Part shown: piece by piece, positions 51,383 to 61,578 of the stretch | Numbering within the stretch: the first letter of the stretch is position 1 | How the letters are laid out: each line of letters starts with the position of its first letter | Assembly (NCBI GenBank): GCA_021781455.1 | Contig: JAJXWV010000033.1 | Span: 201,169-265,168, forward strand | Length of the DNA stretch: 64,000 bases | Direction: 5' to 3' | DNA from: Acidobacteriota bacterium | GTDB taxonomy: Bacteria; Acidobacteriota; Thermoanaerobaculia; Gp7-AA8 | Program-made: the position numbers and the translations under genes | The notes under the pieces: model-generated | The model's database searches: none | Seen by the model: only the letters and a program-made list of their open reading frames with translations | What the model was told of the DNA's origin: nothing

Positions 51383-52573
51383 ATGGTCGACCTCCGTTCG
51401 ATCTATCTCGAGACGCTCGAGCGCTGCGCCTCGCAGCGCCTGGTCCGATCGGTCATCAGGCCGGGCATGCCGCGCAACGTGGTGGCGATCGGCAAATGCG
51501 CCGGATCGCTTCTCGACGGTGTTGCCGCGGTTCACGAGATCGCCGACGCTTTCGTCGCCGTTCCGCACGGCTATCGGGAACCGACCACGAAATGCGAGCT
51601 CGCCGTCGGCGGGCATCCCGACTTCACCCCGGCAAGCTTCGCCGCGGGCCGGAAGCTGACCGAGTTCGTCGAAGCGCGCGAAGATCTGCTCTGCCTCGTC
51701 TCCGGCGGCGGGTCGGCCTGCGTCGAGGTTCCCCTTCAGCCGTGTTTCAAGGAATCCGATCTCGTGGCGACGAACGCGCGGCTGACCGCCAGCGGGATTC
51801 CGATCGGTCAGATCAACATCGTCCGCAAGCACCTTTCGGCGATCAAGGGAGGCCGGCTTGCTGCAGGCGCACGCGGCCGCGTCGTCACGCTCGTCTATTC
51901 CGACGTTTCGGTCGGAGCGATGCGTGACGTCGCTTCGGGTCCGACTCTCGCCGACCCCAGCACGAACGGCGACGCGGCCGCGATTCTCGACCGCGTTGGC
52001 GGATGCGATGCGGTCGCCGCGATCCTGCGACAGAAGGACGTGCCCGAAACGATCAAGCGGCACGTCAGCGCGGAGACGATCCTCATCGCCGACAACGACA
52101 CGCTCACCGCGGCGGCAGCCGACATCGCCACCGAACGCGGTCTGCGCGCCATCCGCTGGCCGAGCCAGATCGAGTCGGACGTCTCAGAGGCCGCCACCGC
52201 CCTGGTCCGGCGCGCCGCCGATCTGCGGGAGACGGAGTTGCTCATAGCCGGCGGCGAACCGACCGTCGTCCGCCTCGGCCGGGGACGGGGCGGACGCTGC
52301 AGCGAGCTGGCCCTGCGGTTCGCAGCCGCCGCCGCGGCCGCACACCTGTCCGGTCTGTCGGCGCTGTTCGGCAGCAGCGACGGAGCGGACGGCAACAGCG
52401 GTGCTGCCGGCATCGAATTCGACGCCATTCCCGAGGAGGTCGACCGGGCGGCGGTCGAAAAGGCTCTGCGGGATTCCGACTCGTTCCCGCTCGCAGCCGG
52501 ACTCGGCCGAGCGATTATGATTCCCCCCGCCGGCAACAATCTGCGTGATCTGTTTCTGCTGGCTCGTAGTTAG
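51383..52573 (+). CDS. Glycerate kinase, MOFRL family (DUF4147 plus MOFRL)
   Basis: Conserved LLIAGGEPTV and GRGGRCSE-type motifs of GckA/TtuD-like glycerate 2-kinases. Confidence 0.7.
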   Translation: MVDLRSIYLETLERCASQRLVRSVIRPGMPRNVVAIGKCAGSLLDGVAAVHEIADAFVAVPHGYREPTTKCELAVGGHPDFTPASFAAGRKLTEFVEAREDLLCLVSGGGSACVEVPLQPCFKESDLVATNARLTASGIPIGQINIVRKHLSAIKGGRLAAGARGRVVTLVYSDVSVGAMRDVASGPTLADPSTNGDAAAILDRVGGCDAVAAILRQKDVPETIKRHVSAETILIADNDTLTAAAADIATERGLRAIRWPSQIESDVSEAATALVRRAADLRETELLIAGGEPTVVRLGRGRGGRCSELALRFAAAAAAAHLSGLSALFGSSDGADGNSGAAGIEFDAIPEEVDRAAVEKALRDSDSFPLAAGLGRAIMIPPAGNNLRDLFLLARS

Positions 52574-52596
52574 CACGCGGGAACAGCGCAGTTCGC

Positions 52597-52680
52597 CATC
52601 ACGGGCTCTTGGTTGTTGGCTCTTGGCTCTTGGGATGGCCGGGGTTGCCCAAGAGCCAAGAGCCAACAGCCAGGAGCCAA
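52597..52680. repeat. Inverted arrays of GCTCTTG/GTTGTTG heptamers upstream of the giant ORF
   Basis: ggctcttggttgttggctcttggctcttgg ... cccaagagccaagagccaacagccaggagccaac. Confidence 0.75.
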
Positions 52681-52690
52681 CTTCGAGGAA

Positions 52691-55600
52691 ATGGACGAAA
52701 GGCCGATCGACAGTGCGCCGGAGCATCCGCACGAGGGGCATCATCGCTCCGCGCGCGAGCGGCAGCGCCGTGGCCCGATGTGGGGCTGCCTGAGGACCAT
52801 CGTCATCGGCAGCATCGCCCTCTTCGCGCTGCTGATCGTCATCATCGGCGGCGGTTACGTCTATCTCGGATCGGCCAGTTTTGCCGATCTGGTCCGGCTG
52901 CGGATCCAGAAGACCCTGGAGAGCCGGCTGGGGCGGGCGGTGTCGATCGGCAGCGTGCAGATCGTCACCTCGCGGCCGCAGCACGTGATCATCAACGACC
53001 TGCGCATCGCCAATGCACCGGGTGCAGTGAACCGGTATTTCGCGACGGTGCGGCAGGTGGAGATCACCGGCGGGGTGGAGTCGTTCTGGGGACGCAACAT
53101 CACCGTCAGCCGCGTCGACATCCGCGACCCGCGCCTGAATTTCGAGATCTATCCGGCGGGCTCGAAGCTCGTGCACAACTTCCCGCACTGGAACCCCGGC
53201 CCGAAGAGCCGCTTCGAGATGGTCCACCTCACCATCGGCCGCCTCTTCGTCACGAGCGGGACGATGGACTTCCTCGACCGTCGTCACGACATTGCCGCGA
53301 CGGCGATGGACCTGGCCTCGGAGATCGACGTCGCGGCGAAAGGCGAAGTGTACGAAGGCATCGCCAACAGCCCGCGCATGACCGTGCGCATCCAGGACTA
53401 CGTGCCGTTCGATGTCGACCTGCGCGGCGGCTTCCGCTACATGCCCGGTGCGCTGGCGCTCAAGTCCATCGCCATGCACGGCCGGGGCATCGAAGCCTAT
53501 GTGGCGGGGAGGGTCGCGCCTCTCAGCGAAGGCATCTACACGCTGAACGTGCGCTCGAACGTCGCGTTGGACCGCGTCCGCGAGATTTTCCGGGTCAACC
53601 GCGTCCTGCAGGGCAATTTCATTCTCGACTCCGTTCTGCACGGAAACGGCGGCGCGTTCTCGCTCACCGGGGCATGGGCGTCGCCGAAGATCAGAGCCGA
53701 CGTCTACGACCTGACCGCGGCAAAGGGAAGGCTCGACGTCAACGGCGACCGCACCATCGTCGAGGTGAACACCGCCAGATACGGCGGAGGCACGATCTCC
53801 GCGCACTACGTCCTGCCGCAGTACTCCGAGCCCTATCCGATGTCGGTGGACCTCAGGTACAACGGCGTCTCGCTCGAGAAGCTATTCACCGACTGGGGCG
53901 TCAAGGACACTGGGCTGCGCGGCGGAGCCACGGGGCGGCTGGCCTATCACTGGAGCAAGGACAAGATCCTCGAAGGTGCCGGACGTGGGAGCGCCACGCT
54001 TTCGCGGACGACGACGGCGTTCTCCAATGCGAAGTACCCGATTCCGCTCGGAGGATCGGCGGACTTCGCTCTCGACAACGGCGTGGTCAGGTTCAGCCGG
54101 GCGTCGTTGACGACGGCGGCAACGTCCGTCGACTTCACCGGTTCGCTGCGCATCGAGGACGTCTACACCGACCTGGCCCTCCGCATTCACAGCGGCGATT
54201 TTTCCGAGCTCGACCGCCTCGGATTCAACTTCGCGCGGTCTGCGGGAAAGAACAAGTACGAGCTGCTCGGGTTAGGCGGGGCAGGCGACATCACCGGCAC
54301 GGTGAAGGGAAAGCTCAAGACGCCGCAGGTCGCCGCGCACATCGCAGGCACAGCCACGAAATACAACGACGCCCTGCTGGGCGACTCCGACATCGACCTC
54401 CGCTACGATGGTGTCAGGGGCCTGCTGACGTTCGATCGCGCGCTCTTCCGCGAGAGCGGCGGCCATCTGACCATGACCGGCACGATCGAGTTCCCGGACC
54501 GGGGGCCCTCGCCTCGATTCGACCTGGCGGTGGATGCAACCGGCTATCCTGTCGATCGCGCCGTCGCCGTGGTGACACTCCCGTTCAAAGGCATCCGCGG
54601 AGCGGGCACCGGACACATGGTCATCACCGGCACGCCCGATCAGGGGCGGGTCACGTTCGGGGGACTGACGATCGCGCAGGGGGCCTCCCAGCTCAAGCTC
54701 AACGGCGACATCTCCTGGTTCCCGGGGAAAGGCACCTCGCGGTTCAATCTCGACATCGCCGCGCGCGATTTTCCCGTCGCCGACATCGTCACCTTCCTCG
54801 ACCTCGGCACGGTGCCGGTGACCGGCCAGCTCACCGGCACGCTCCATCTCGAAGGGACGAAGACGAACCCCCAGGGCGCCGGCGCGATCACCGTTCGCAA
54901 CGGCACGATCTACGGCGAGCCGGTCACGCAGGCCACGGCGGACATCGCCTTCACGCAGGGCAAGCTTCGGGCGACGAACGTGAAGGTCACGGCACCGGCG
55001 GGGAACATCACCGGTGAGGCGGAGCTGGACCTCAACCAGAACAACTTCAGCTACACGATCCAGTCGAGCTCGATCGACCTGTCGAAGGTCAAGCTCCTGC
55101 AGTCGCTGGCCGGCCTGTTAGGCGGCAAAGTCACCATCACGTCGAGCGGCGCCGGGACGTTCAACCAGCCGGAGCTCGTCCTCTCCGCGACGCTCACGGA
55201 CGCCACGCTTCGCGGCCTCGCTCTTCCGGCCGGCACTCCACCACCTCAGCTCTACGTCGCCATCCGCAACGGACAGCTGATCGTCCGCGGTTCCATCGCA
55301 GACATCGTGACGGTCGACGGCAACGGTACGATCGGCGCGAATCTCTCGGTCAATGGCCTGGTCAGGATCGTCGTCGGCGACGTGGCGCGTTTCGCGGCCC
55401 TCTTCCCCTCCACGGCGACGCTGTCGGTTTCCGGGAAGCTCGAAACCGACCTTCAGCTCGGCGGCACGCTGTCCTCCATCGAAGGGATTCGCATCGACGG
55501 CACGGTTCCGGTCCTCGACATCTACCTCTCCGACCACGAGTTCACGCCCGCCCGCTCCATTCGCTTCGGCCTGCGCGGCGGCCGCCTCACCATCGACGAT

Positions 55601-58600
55601 TTCCAGCTGCAGCATCCCGGCGCCTCGTTTTCGCTGGCCGGCTCCGCGGACCTCGTCGGCGCGAAACAGCTGAACCTCACCCTGAAGGGCAACGTGGAAG
55701 CAGCGCTGGCGCAGCTGTTCGTGACCGGGCTGCGTGCCGACGGCCAGGTCGACGTGGCGGCCGCTCTCGGCGGGACCCTGGCTGCGCCGCGGATCACCGG
55801 CACGGCGGAAATCGAGAACGCTCAGTTCCGCTTCCCCGGATTCCCACAGATCATCGACCAGGTCACCGGCACGATCCGTTTCGAGGGCGAGCGCATAAGG
55901 ATCGAGGCTCTTCACGCCACGGTCGGCGGCGGCGAAGTCACCGCCGGGGGCGAGATCGCAGTCAACGGCATCAAGCCGCAGAACGTGAATCTCCGTCTCG
56001 AGGGAAAGGACGTGACTCTGCGGTATTTCGAAGGGCTGTCCATTGCCGGCACCTTCGGCCTGACCCTGCAGGGCGACCTCGAGCGCATGCGCCTCCAGGG
56101 CAGCGTGACCGTGAACCGTGCCCTGTACAGCCGCGATTTCGACTTCGGAACGGCGCTGCTCAACGTCGTCCTGGCACGCCGGACCATCATTCCCGTGGTC
56201 GGCGCGAGCTGGCAGGACAAGGTCAGCCTCCAGGTCCACATCGACGCTCGGGACACCCTGGCCATCCGAAACAACATCGCCGACGTCACCGGCTCCGGAA
56301 ACCTGGACGTGCGGGGAACTCTGGCCAACCCGACGGTCATCGGCACGGTGACACTCGACGAAGGCGGCCGCGTGCGCCTGCAGAGTGTCGACTACCACGT
56401 CATCAGCGGCTCGATCAGTTTTCAGAATCCGTTCCGCATCGATCCGTATTTCGACATCACCCTGGAAGGACGCGTGTCGAGCGTCGGGTATTCGGAATTC
56501 GACCGGGGCGGCCCGATCGACGTGACCATCAACCTCACCGGCACGATCGACCGCTTCACTCCCTCGATCACCAGTGATCCGCCGGCCAGCGACATCACCC
56601 TCTTTTCGCTTCTCGGCCTCGGCGCTCTGGCCGGCCGCACCACCGGCGGCACCGTTCAGGCAACGCCCAATACCGGGGTCCTCGGTGTCGGCCAGTCCAT
56701 CCTGGCTCAGAGCCTTCTGCGCGCGATCCCGTTCGCCAGCGCGTTCAGCTACGACCCTGGCTATCTCGATGTCACCGACGATCCCGGGCCTAAGGTCACG
56801 TTCCAGCGCCAGATCTCGAGCAACCTCCGCGTTCTGGTGATCTACAACCTCAAGACCTCGCTCACCCGGAGCCTTCTGGAGTGGCAGGTAAGTCCCGACT
56901 GGACGCTGCAGTTCACCCAGGACGAGATTCGCAAGGAGTACCGCGTCGAGGCGCGCTTCCGCAGGCGTTACGAAGGACACTGGACCTGGGGTGGCCACGG
57001 GCGGCCCGTGACCATGTCGGCTTCGATCGGCAGGCTGGCCGGCGCCAGAGCCACCCAGCAGTCGCCGGCGGCGACGCCCGCGCCGATGGGCACCGGGCCG
57101 ATGGTCACGCGCATTGCCTACCGCGCCGACGCGGCGTTCGACACGTCGGTACTCAAGCAGTACATCGCCGTGAAAATCGGGCAACCGCTTTCCAGACGCG
57201 CGGTGCAGGCCTCGATCAAGAGCATCTTCGCCACCGGCGACTTCCGCGACATCCAGGTTGAGACCACTCCCGACGGGCCCGGTGTGGCAGTCACGTTCGT
57301 GCTGTCGCTCAATTACCGCATCGCGGAGATCCACTTCGACGGCATCTCCGGCTCACTGAAGGACCGTGCCGATCACGACCTGACCGTGCACATCGGCGAC
57401 GTCCTCTCCCTCAACGCCATCGACCGCAGTGCCACGGCCGTGCAGCAGGGACTCAACGACATCGGCTACCTGGAAGCCTCGGTCGACCCGGAGACACAGT
57501 TCGAGCGCGCGCACAGCCGGGCCGTCATCATCTTCCACGTCACCGCCGGGCCGCAGGCGAAGATCGGGACGGTCCTCGTCGCCGGCAATGTCGCGCCATT
57601 CACTCCCGCCACGCTGATCCAGCAGATGCGCCGCGGTCCCGGCAAGACGTTCAACCGACAGCAGGCGCGCGCGGATGCTTACCTGATGCGGCGTTTCATG
57701 CTCCGCCGCGATTACCGGAAGGCCGAAGTTCGCTACCTCGGCGACACGTACGAGAAAGCCACTGCCACCGTGGCCCTCCGCTACAGCGCGATCTCCGGAC
57801 CGAAGGTGCGTGTCGAGGTCGTCGGTGTGCCGCGGCACGCCGTCCGCGGCGTTCTGCCGTTCTCGCGCAACCAGGCCTACAGCGAGGACGCCATCGAAGC
57901 GGCTGCGCAGAACATCATCACGCTCTATCAACAGCGCGGTTACTACAACGTGGCCGTCGACACCGAAGGACGACTCCAGCCGGACGACACCTGGGTGACC
58001 ACTTTCAACGTCAAGCCGGGGGAACACTTCCGGCTGACCGCGGTCAACTTCACGGGGAACACGAAGATTGCAGCCAGGAAACTGCGCCAGGTCGTCACCA
58101 CCGCACCGCAGGGAGGTATCCGCTCGTTCTTCGCGGGGTTGTTCCACCGCGGCGGGGTCACGCAGGCCCAACTGACCAGCGATCAGGATGCCATCCAGTC
58201 GCTGTACCGGCTCGAGGGGTTCTCCGAGGCCACCGTCGCCACGTCGGTGGTGAGCACGAACGCCGCGGCCGGCACCATGACGGTGACCTTCCCGATCACC
58301 GAAGGGCCGCAGACGATGGTCGCCAGCCTGAAGATCGAAGGGAATGAACAGGTCCCGGCGCGCGACCTTCCGGCGCTGCAGCTCGAGGCCGGCCATCCGT
58401 TCAATCCGCAACTGCTGCGGACGGACATCGTCAACCTGCAGAGCTACTACGCAGACCGCGGCAATGCCGAGGTTCAGATCACGCCGCGCATGGACATCTC
58501 GGACGACAAGACGAACGCAAACGTAACGTACGTCATCGCCGAGGGGCCGAAGATCAAGATCGATGACGTCATCGTTCGCGGCAATACCTACACGAAATCG

Positions 58601-59899
58601 AGCGTGGTGCTGCGCGAGGCAGAGCTGAAGAAAGGGAAGCCGTTCTCCTACTCCTCGCTGCTCGAAGCGCAGCGGAATCTCTACGGGCTCGGCATCTTCC
58701 AGCGAGCGGAGGTGCAGCCCGAGCAGGCCGGCACGGCCGTGGACGAGCGCAATGTGGTCCTGCAGGTGGAGGAAGGAAAAGACCTCACTGTCTCCGGTTC
58801 CCTCGGTGCCGCCAAACAGACGGGAGTCGGCAATGCGCTCGTAGGCTCCGTATCTCTGGCCAACCGCAACCTCTTCGGCACCGGACGCTTCCTCGGAATG
58901 GATCTCGTGGGAAGCAACAACGGCCAGCGGCGAGAGGCCTTCCTCACCTATCGCGAACCGTTCATCGGTCCTTACAACGTGCCGGTTCAGATTTCGATCT
59001 TCAAGAGCGACGAGCAGCGGACGAGTGCGCACATCGTCCAGCGCGGCCTTTCCATCGAGGCGACCAAGATCACCCGCTTCGAGACCCGATGGTCGCTCCG
59101 ATACGAATACCGCATCGCCGACTGCAAGATCGAAAATCCCGGTGACCTTTGTTCGCAGGTCGCCCAGGCGCTCATCCCCGGGATCGATCGCAGTATCTCC
59201 GACGTCAGCATCGCCGACATCACGCCGACGTTCTTCTGGGACAAGCGCGACGATCCCATCGATCCGCACCGCGGCTTCTTCACCAGCGCCTCGGTCGAAT
59301 ACGCGTTCCACGCGTTCGCCGCGCATGCCCAGTTCTTCAAGGAATACGCGCAGGCGTCGTACTACCTGCCCCTCAGCGCGCGCACGGTTTTCGCAGTCTC
59401 GTCGCGCCTCGGGCTGATCCAGGCACTCGGATCGACCGCCTCGGACAACTGCGGCGAGTCCTGCATACCCCTCACCGAGCGTTTCACCGGAGGGGGCGAG
59501 TCTTCGCACCGCGCCTACTCGCTCGACCTCCTCGGCGATCTCTGCTCAGAGGAAAACAATCCCGGACCGGGATGCCGGTCGACTCTCGTGCGTTTGGTCA
59601 ACCCGGACGGCTCGCCCGGCAACGTCGCCGCGATCGGCGGACGCGGCCTGTTCATCACGAATCTCGAGCTGCGCTTCCCGATCTTTGCCAGCGTGGGCGG
59701 CGCGCTGTTCACCGACATTGGAAACGTGTTCGCCGACAGCACCATCCAGTTGAACAACCTGCGCTATGGCGTCGGCGCCGGCATCCGCTATCTGTCACCG
59801 GTCGGCCCGCTGCGCTTCGACATCGGCTACAAGCTTCATCGGGAACCCCAGTACGAGAAGCCCTTCGCGTACTTCATCACGCTGGGTTACGCGTTCTGA
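52691..59899 (+). CDS. Giant fusion protein: TamB/AsmA-like translocation-assembly module (N-terminal signal-anchor plus DUF490) covalently fused to a complete Omp85/BamA-TamA-like module (POTRA repeats plus 16-strand beta-barrel)
   Basis: Single uninterrupted frame of about 2400 codons. N-terminal TM anchor (LRTIVIGSIALFALLIVIIGG), TamB-type repetitive beta-rich body and DUF490 C-terminal region (..DITLFSLLGLG.., LEWQVSPDWTLQFTQD). A roughly 40 aa non-hydrophobic linker follows, then POTRA-like repeats (e.g. IRGNTYTKSSVVLREAELKKGKPFSYSSLLEAQRNLYGLGIF). The Omp85 barrel has the RFTGGGESSHRAYS (RGF/GG) motif and the terminal ...FITLGYAF. The Omp85 part has no signal peptide of its own. Confidence 0.8.
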   Translation: MDERPIDSAPEHPHEGHHRSARERQRRGPMWGCLRTIVIGSIALFALLIVIIGGGYVYLGSASFADLVRLRIQKTLESRLGRAVSIGSVQIVTSRPQHVIINDLRIANAPGAVNRYFATVRQVEITGGVESFWGRNITVSRVDIRDPRLNFEIYPAGSKLVHNFPHWNPGPKSRFEMVHLTIGRLFVTSGTMDFLDRRHDIAATAMDLASEIDVAAKGEVYEGIANSPRMTVRIQDYVPFDVDLRGGFRYMPGALALKSIAMHGRGIEAYVAGRVAPLSEGIYTLNVRSNVALDRVREIFRVNRVLQGNFILDSVLHGNGGAFSLTGAWASPKIRADVYDLTAAKGRLDVNGDRTIVEVNTARYGGGTISAHYVLPQYSEPYPMSVDLRYNGVSLEKLFTDWGVKDTGLRGGATGRLAYHWSKDKILEGAGRGSATLSRTTTAFSNAKYPIPLGGSADFALDNGVVRFSRASLTTAATSVDFTGSLRIEDVYTDLALRIHSGDFSELDRLGFNFARSAGKNKYELLGLGGAGDITGTVKGKLKTPQVAAHIAGTATKYNDALLGDSDIDLRYDGVRGLLTFDRALFRESGGHLTMTGTIEFPDRGPSPRFDLAVDATGYPVDRAVAVVTLPFKGIRGAGTGHMVITGTPDQGRVTFGGLTIAQGASQLKLNGDISWFPGKGTSRFNLDIAARDFPVADIVTFLDLGTVPVTGQLTGTLHLEGTKTNPQGAGAITVRNGTIYGEPVTQATADIAFTQGKLRATNVKVTAPAGNITGEAELDLNQNNFSYTIQSSSIDLSKVKLLQSLAGLLGGKVTITSSGAGTFNQPELVLSATLTDATLRGLALPAGTPPPQLYVAIRNGQLIVRGSIADIVTVDGNGTIGANLSVNGLVRIVVGDVARFAALFPSTATLSVSGKLETDLQLGGTLSSIEGIRIDGTVPVLDIYLSDHEFTPARSIRFGLRGGRLTIDDFQLQHPGASFSLAGSADLVGAKQLNLTLKGNVEAALAQLFVTGLRADGQVDVAAALGGTLAAPRITGTAEIENAQFRFPGFPQIIDQVTGTIRFEGERIRIEALHATVGGGEVTAGGEIAVNGIKPQNVNLRLEGKDVTLRYFEGLSIAGTFGLTLQGDLERMRLQGSVTVNRALYSRDFDFGTALLNVVLARRTIIPVVGASWQDKVSLQVHIDARDTLAIRNNIADVTGSGNLDVRGTLANPTVIGTVTLDEGGRVRLQSVDYHVISGSISFQNPFRIDPYFDITLEGRVSSVGYSEFDRGGPIDVTINLTGTIDRFTPSITSDPPASDITLFSLLGLGALAGRTTGGTVQATPNTGVLGVGQSILAQSLLRAIPFASAFSYDPGYLDVTDDPGPKVTFQRQISSNLRVLVIYNLKTSLTRSLLEWQVSPDWTLQFTQDEIRKEYRVEARFRRRYEGHWTWGGHGRPVTMSASIGRLAGARATQQSPAATPAPMGTGPMVTRIAYRADAAFDTSVLKQYIAVKIGQPLSRRAVQASIKSIFATGDFRDIQVETTPDGPGVAVTFVLSLNYRIAEIHFDGISGSLKDRADHDLTVHIGDVLSLNAIDRSATAVQQGLNDIGYLEASVDPETQFERAHSRAVIIFHVTAGPQAKIGTVLVAGNVAPFTPATLIQQMRRGPGKTFNRQQARADAYLMRRFMLRRDYRKAEVRYLGDTYEKATATVALRYSAISGPKVRVEVVGVPRHAVRGVLPFSRNQAYSEDAIEAAAQNIITLYQQRGYYNVAVDTEGRLQPDDTWVTTFNVKPGEHFRLTAVNFTGNTKIAARKLRQVVTTAPQGGIRSFFAGLFHRGGVTQAQLTSDQDAIQSLYRLEGFSEATVATSVVSTNAAAGTMTVTFPITEGPQTMVASLKIEGNEQVPARDLPALQLEAGHPFNPQLLRTDIVNLQSYYADRGNAEVQITPRMDISDDKTNANVTYVIAEGPKIKIDDVIVRGNTYTKSSVVLREAELKKGKPFSYSSLLEAQRNLYGLGIFQRAEVQPEQAGTAVDERNVVLQVEEGKDLTVSGSLGAAKQTGVGNALVGSVSLANRNLFGTGRFLGMDLVGSNNGQRREAFLTYREPFIGPYNVPVQISIFKSDEQRTSAHIVQRGLSIEATKITRFETRWSLRYEYRIADCKIENPGDLCSQVAQALIPGIDRSISDVSIADITPTFFWDKRDDPIDPHRGFFTSASVEYAFHAFAAHAQFFKEYAQASYYLPLSARTVFAVSSRLGLIQALGSTASDNCGESCIPLTERFTGGGESSHRAYSLDLLGDLCSEENNPGPGCRSTLVRLVNPDGSPGNVAAIGGRGLFITNLELRFPIFASVGGALFTDIGNVFADSTIQLNNLRYGVGAGIRYLSPVGPLRFDIGYKLHREPQYEKPFAYFITLGYAF

Positions 59900-59924
59900 C
59901 CTGGCCCAACATCATCTTGAACCG

Positions 59925-60115
59925 CGAAGCGCGCCCCCGTCACTCTGAGCCGGCGGAACCGCGGGTGCGGTGGATGGGCGGGAGCGGTGGAGCGCGGCGA
60001 AGAGTCTCTTACCGGGACGATTGACAGGTGTGAGACTCTTCGCCGCGCTACGCCGCTCCACCACCCGCCCTTCCCCGCGGCTACGCCGGCTCAGAGTGAC
60101 GGAGCCGCGATCATT
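59925..60115. repeat. Family-A composite REP element copy
   Basis: gtcactctgagccggcg / gagtctcttaccgggacgattg / caatcg..gagactcttcgccgcg / ggctcagagtgacgg modules. Confidence 0.8.
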
Positions 60116-60167
60116 CGATCAATTGAAGTGCCACGAAAACGTGTGGGAGAATCGCCGGCACACAACC

Positions 60168-60521
60168 ATGGCAAGCGGAAGGTTCGCTGACTTCTGGCCA
60201 GACTATGTGCGGGCCCACTCCCGCCCGAAGACGCGTGCGCTCCACGCCACTGGCTCGACGCTGGCCGTGCTGTCGCTGATCCTGGCACTGTCGATCAATC
60301 TCTGGGTCCTCGTGCTCGTCCCCATCACCGGCTACGGCTTCGCCTGGTACTCGCACTTCTTCGTCGAGCACAACAGGCCCGCCACGTTCGGCCATCCCTT
60401 CTATTCACTCTTCGCTGACTACCGCATGGTGTTCCTGATGATGGCCGGGAGGATGAGCGAAGAAGTGGCAAGATACATTCCCGCCGATTCGGCTCCGGTC
60501 GCGTTAGGCACCCATGCGTAG
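60168..60521 (+). CDS. DUF962 (Mpo1-like) membrane protein
   Basis: RFADFWPDYVRAHSRPKTRALHATGSTL...YGFAWYSHFFVEHNRPATFGHPFYSL matches the DUF962 family. Confidence 0.65.
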   Translation: MASGRFADFWPDYVRAHSRPKTRALHATGSTLAVLSLILALSINLWVLVLVPITGYGFAWYSHFFVEHNRPATFGHPFYSLFADYRMVFLMMAGRMSEEVARYIPADSAPVALGTHA

Positions 60522-60632
60522 GGACGCGCAGCAGCGCGTCCGCAACCACGCGGTGGTGGTGGTGGCGGCAGAGAATACCCCTCAGTCATGAACGAGAGCG
60601 GCGGAGGCGCTGCTGCGCGTCCCTACATCCCG
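60521..60632. repeat. Family-C palindromic element copy
   Basis: tagggacgcgcagcagcgcgtccgc ... gcgctgctgcgcgtcccta. Confidence 0.8.
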
Positions 60633-60751
60633 TGGGGCTTCAGCCGGCAGCGGGTAGCTGGAGACATCAGGACCTGATCCTGCATCCAGACCCCTGCCCG
60701 CTGCACGCCACCCGCTTCTGGTTATCATGCGCGGCCAAAAGGAGTCCTGCG

Positions 60752-61525
60752 ATGGGGATGCTCGAGGGAAAGACCGGAATCGTGTTCGGGGTGGCGAACA
60801 AGCGCTCCATCGCCTGGGCCATCGCGCAGGCCCTGGCGCGGGAAGGGATGCGCCTGGCCTTCACCTTCCAGGGCGAACGGCTGAAGGGGAGCGTGGAGGA
60901 GCTGTCGTCGACGATTCCCGGCTCACTTCTCCTCCCGTGCGACGTGAGCAGCGATGCGGAGGTGGAGTCCGTGTTCGCCATGGTGGGCGAGAAGCTCGGA
61001 CGGCTCGACGCCATGCTCCACTCGGTCGCCTTCGCGCCGCGCGAGGACCTCGAGAACGAGTTCGTGAAGACCTCCCGCGAAGGGTTCAAGACCGCCCACG
61101 ACATTTCCGCCTACTCCCTGGTGGCGGTCACGCGCGCGGCGATGCCGCTGTTCCAGAAATCGGGCGGAGGCTCCGTCCTGGCTCTTACCTACTACGGAGC
61201 CGACAAAGCCGTCGAAGGCTACAACGTGATGGGGGTGGCCAAGGCCTCGCTCCAGGCGTCCGTTCGTTACCTCGCCGCCAACCTCGGGCCGAAGAACATC
61301 CGGGTGAACGCCCTCTCCGCGGGCCCGGTCAACACGCTCGCTGCGCGCGGGATCTCCGGCTTCACCAGCATGCTCAAACATCACGCCGAGAAGGCGCCGT
61401 TGCGCAGGAACATCACCCTCGAGGAGGTCGGCAACGCCGGCCTGTTCCTTCTTTCCCCGATGTCGTCGGGCATCACCGGCGAGATCATGTTCGTCGACTG
61501 CGGCTACAACATCGTGGGACTGTGA
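60752..61525 (+). CDS. fabI: Enoyl-[acyl-carrier-protein] reductase (NADH) FabI
   Basis: GKTGIVFGVANKRSIAW N-terminus, catalytic Y..K (YNVMGVAKASLQ) and an AAAGGAG RBS. Confidence 0.9.
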   Translation: MGMLEGKTGIVFGVANKRSIAWAIAQALAREGMRLAFTFQGERLKGSVEELSSTIPGSLLLPCDVSSDAEVESVFAMVGEKLGRLDAMLHSVAFAPREDLENEFVKTSREGFKTAHDISAYSLVAVTRAAMPLFQKSGGGSVLALTYYGADKAVEGYNVMGVAKASLQASVRYLAANLGPKNIRVNALSAGPVNTLAARGISGFTSMLKHHAEKAPLRRNITLEEVGNAGLFLLSPMSSGITGEIMFVDCGYNIVGL

Positions 61526-61578
61526 ACTGAGCCAGCGCACAACGGGTTACGAGGTTGCGCGGTTACGCGGTGAGCGCA

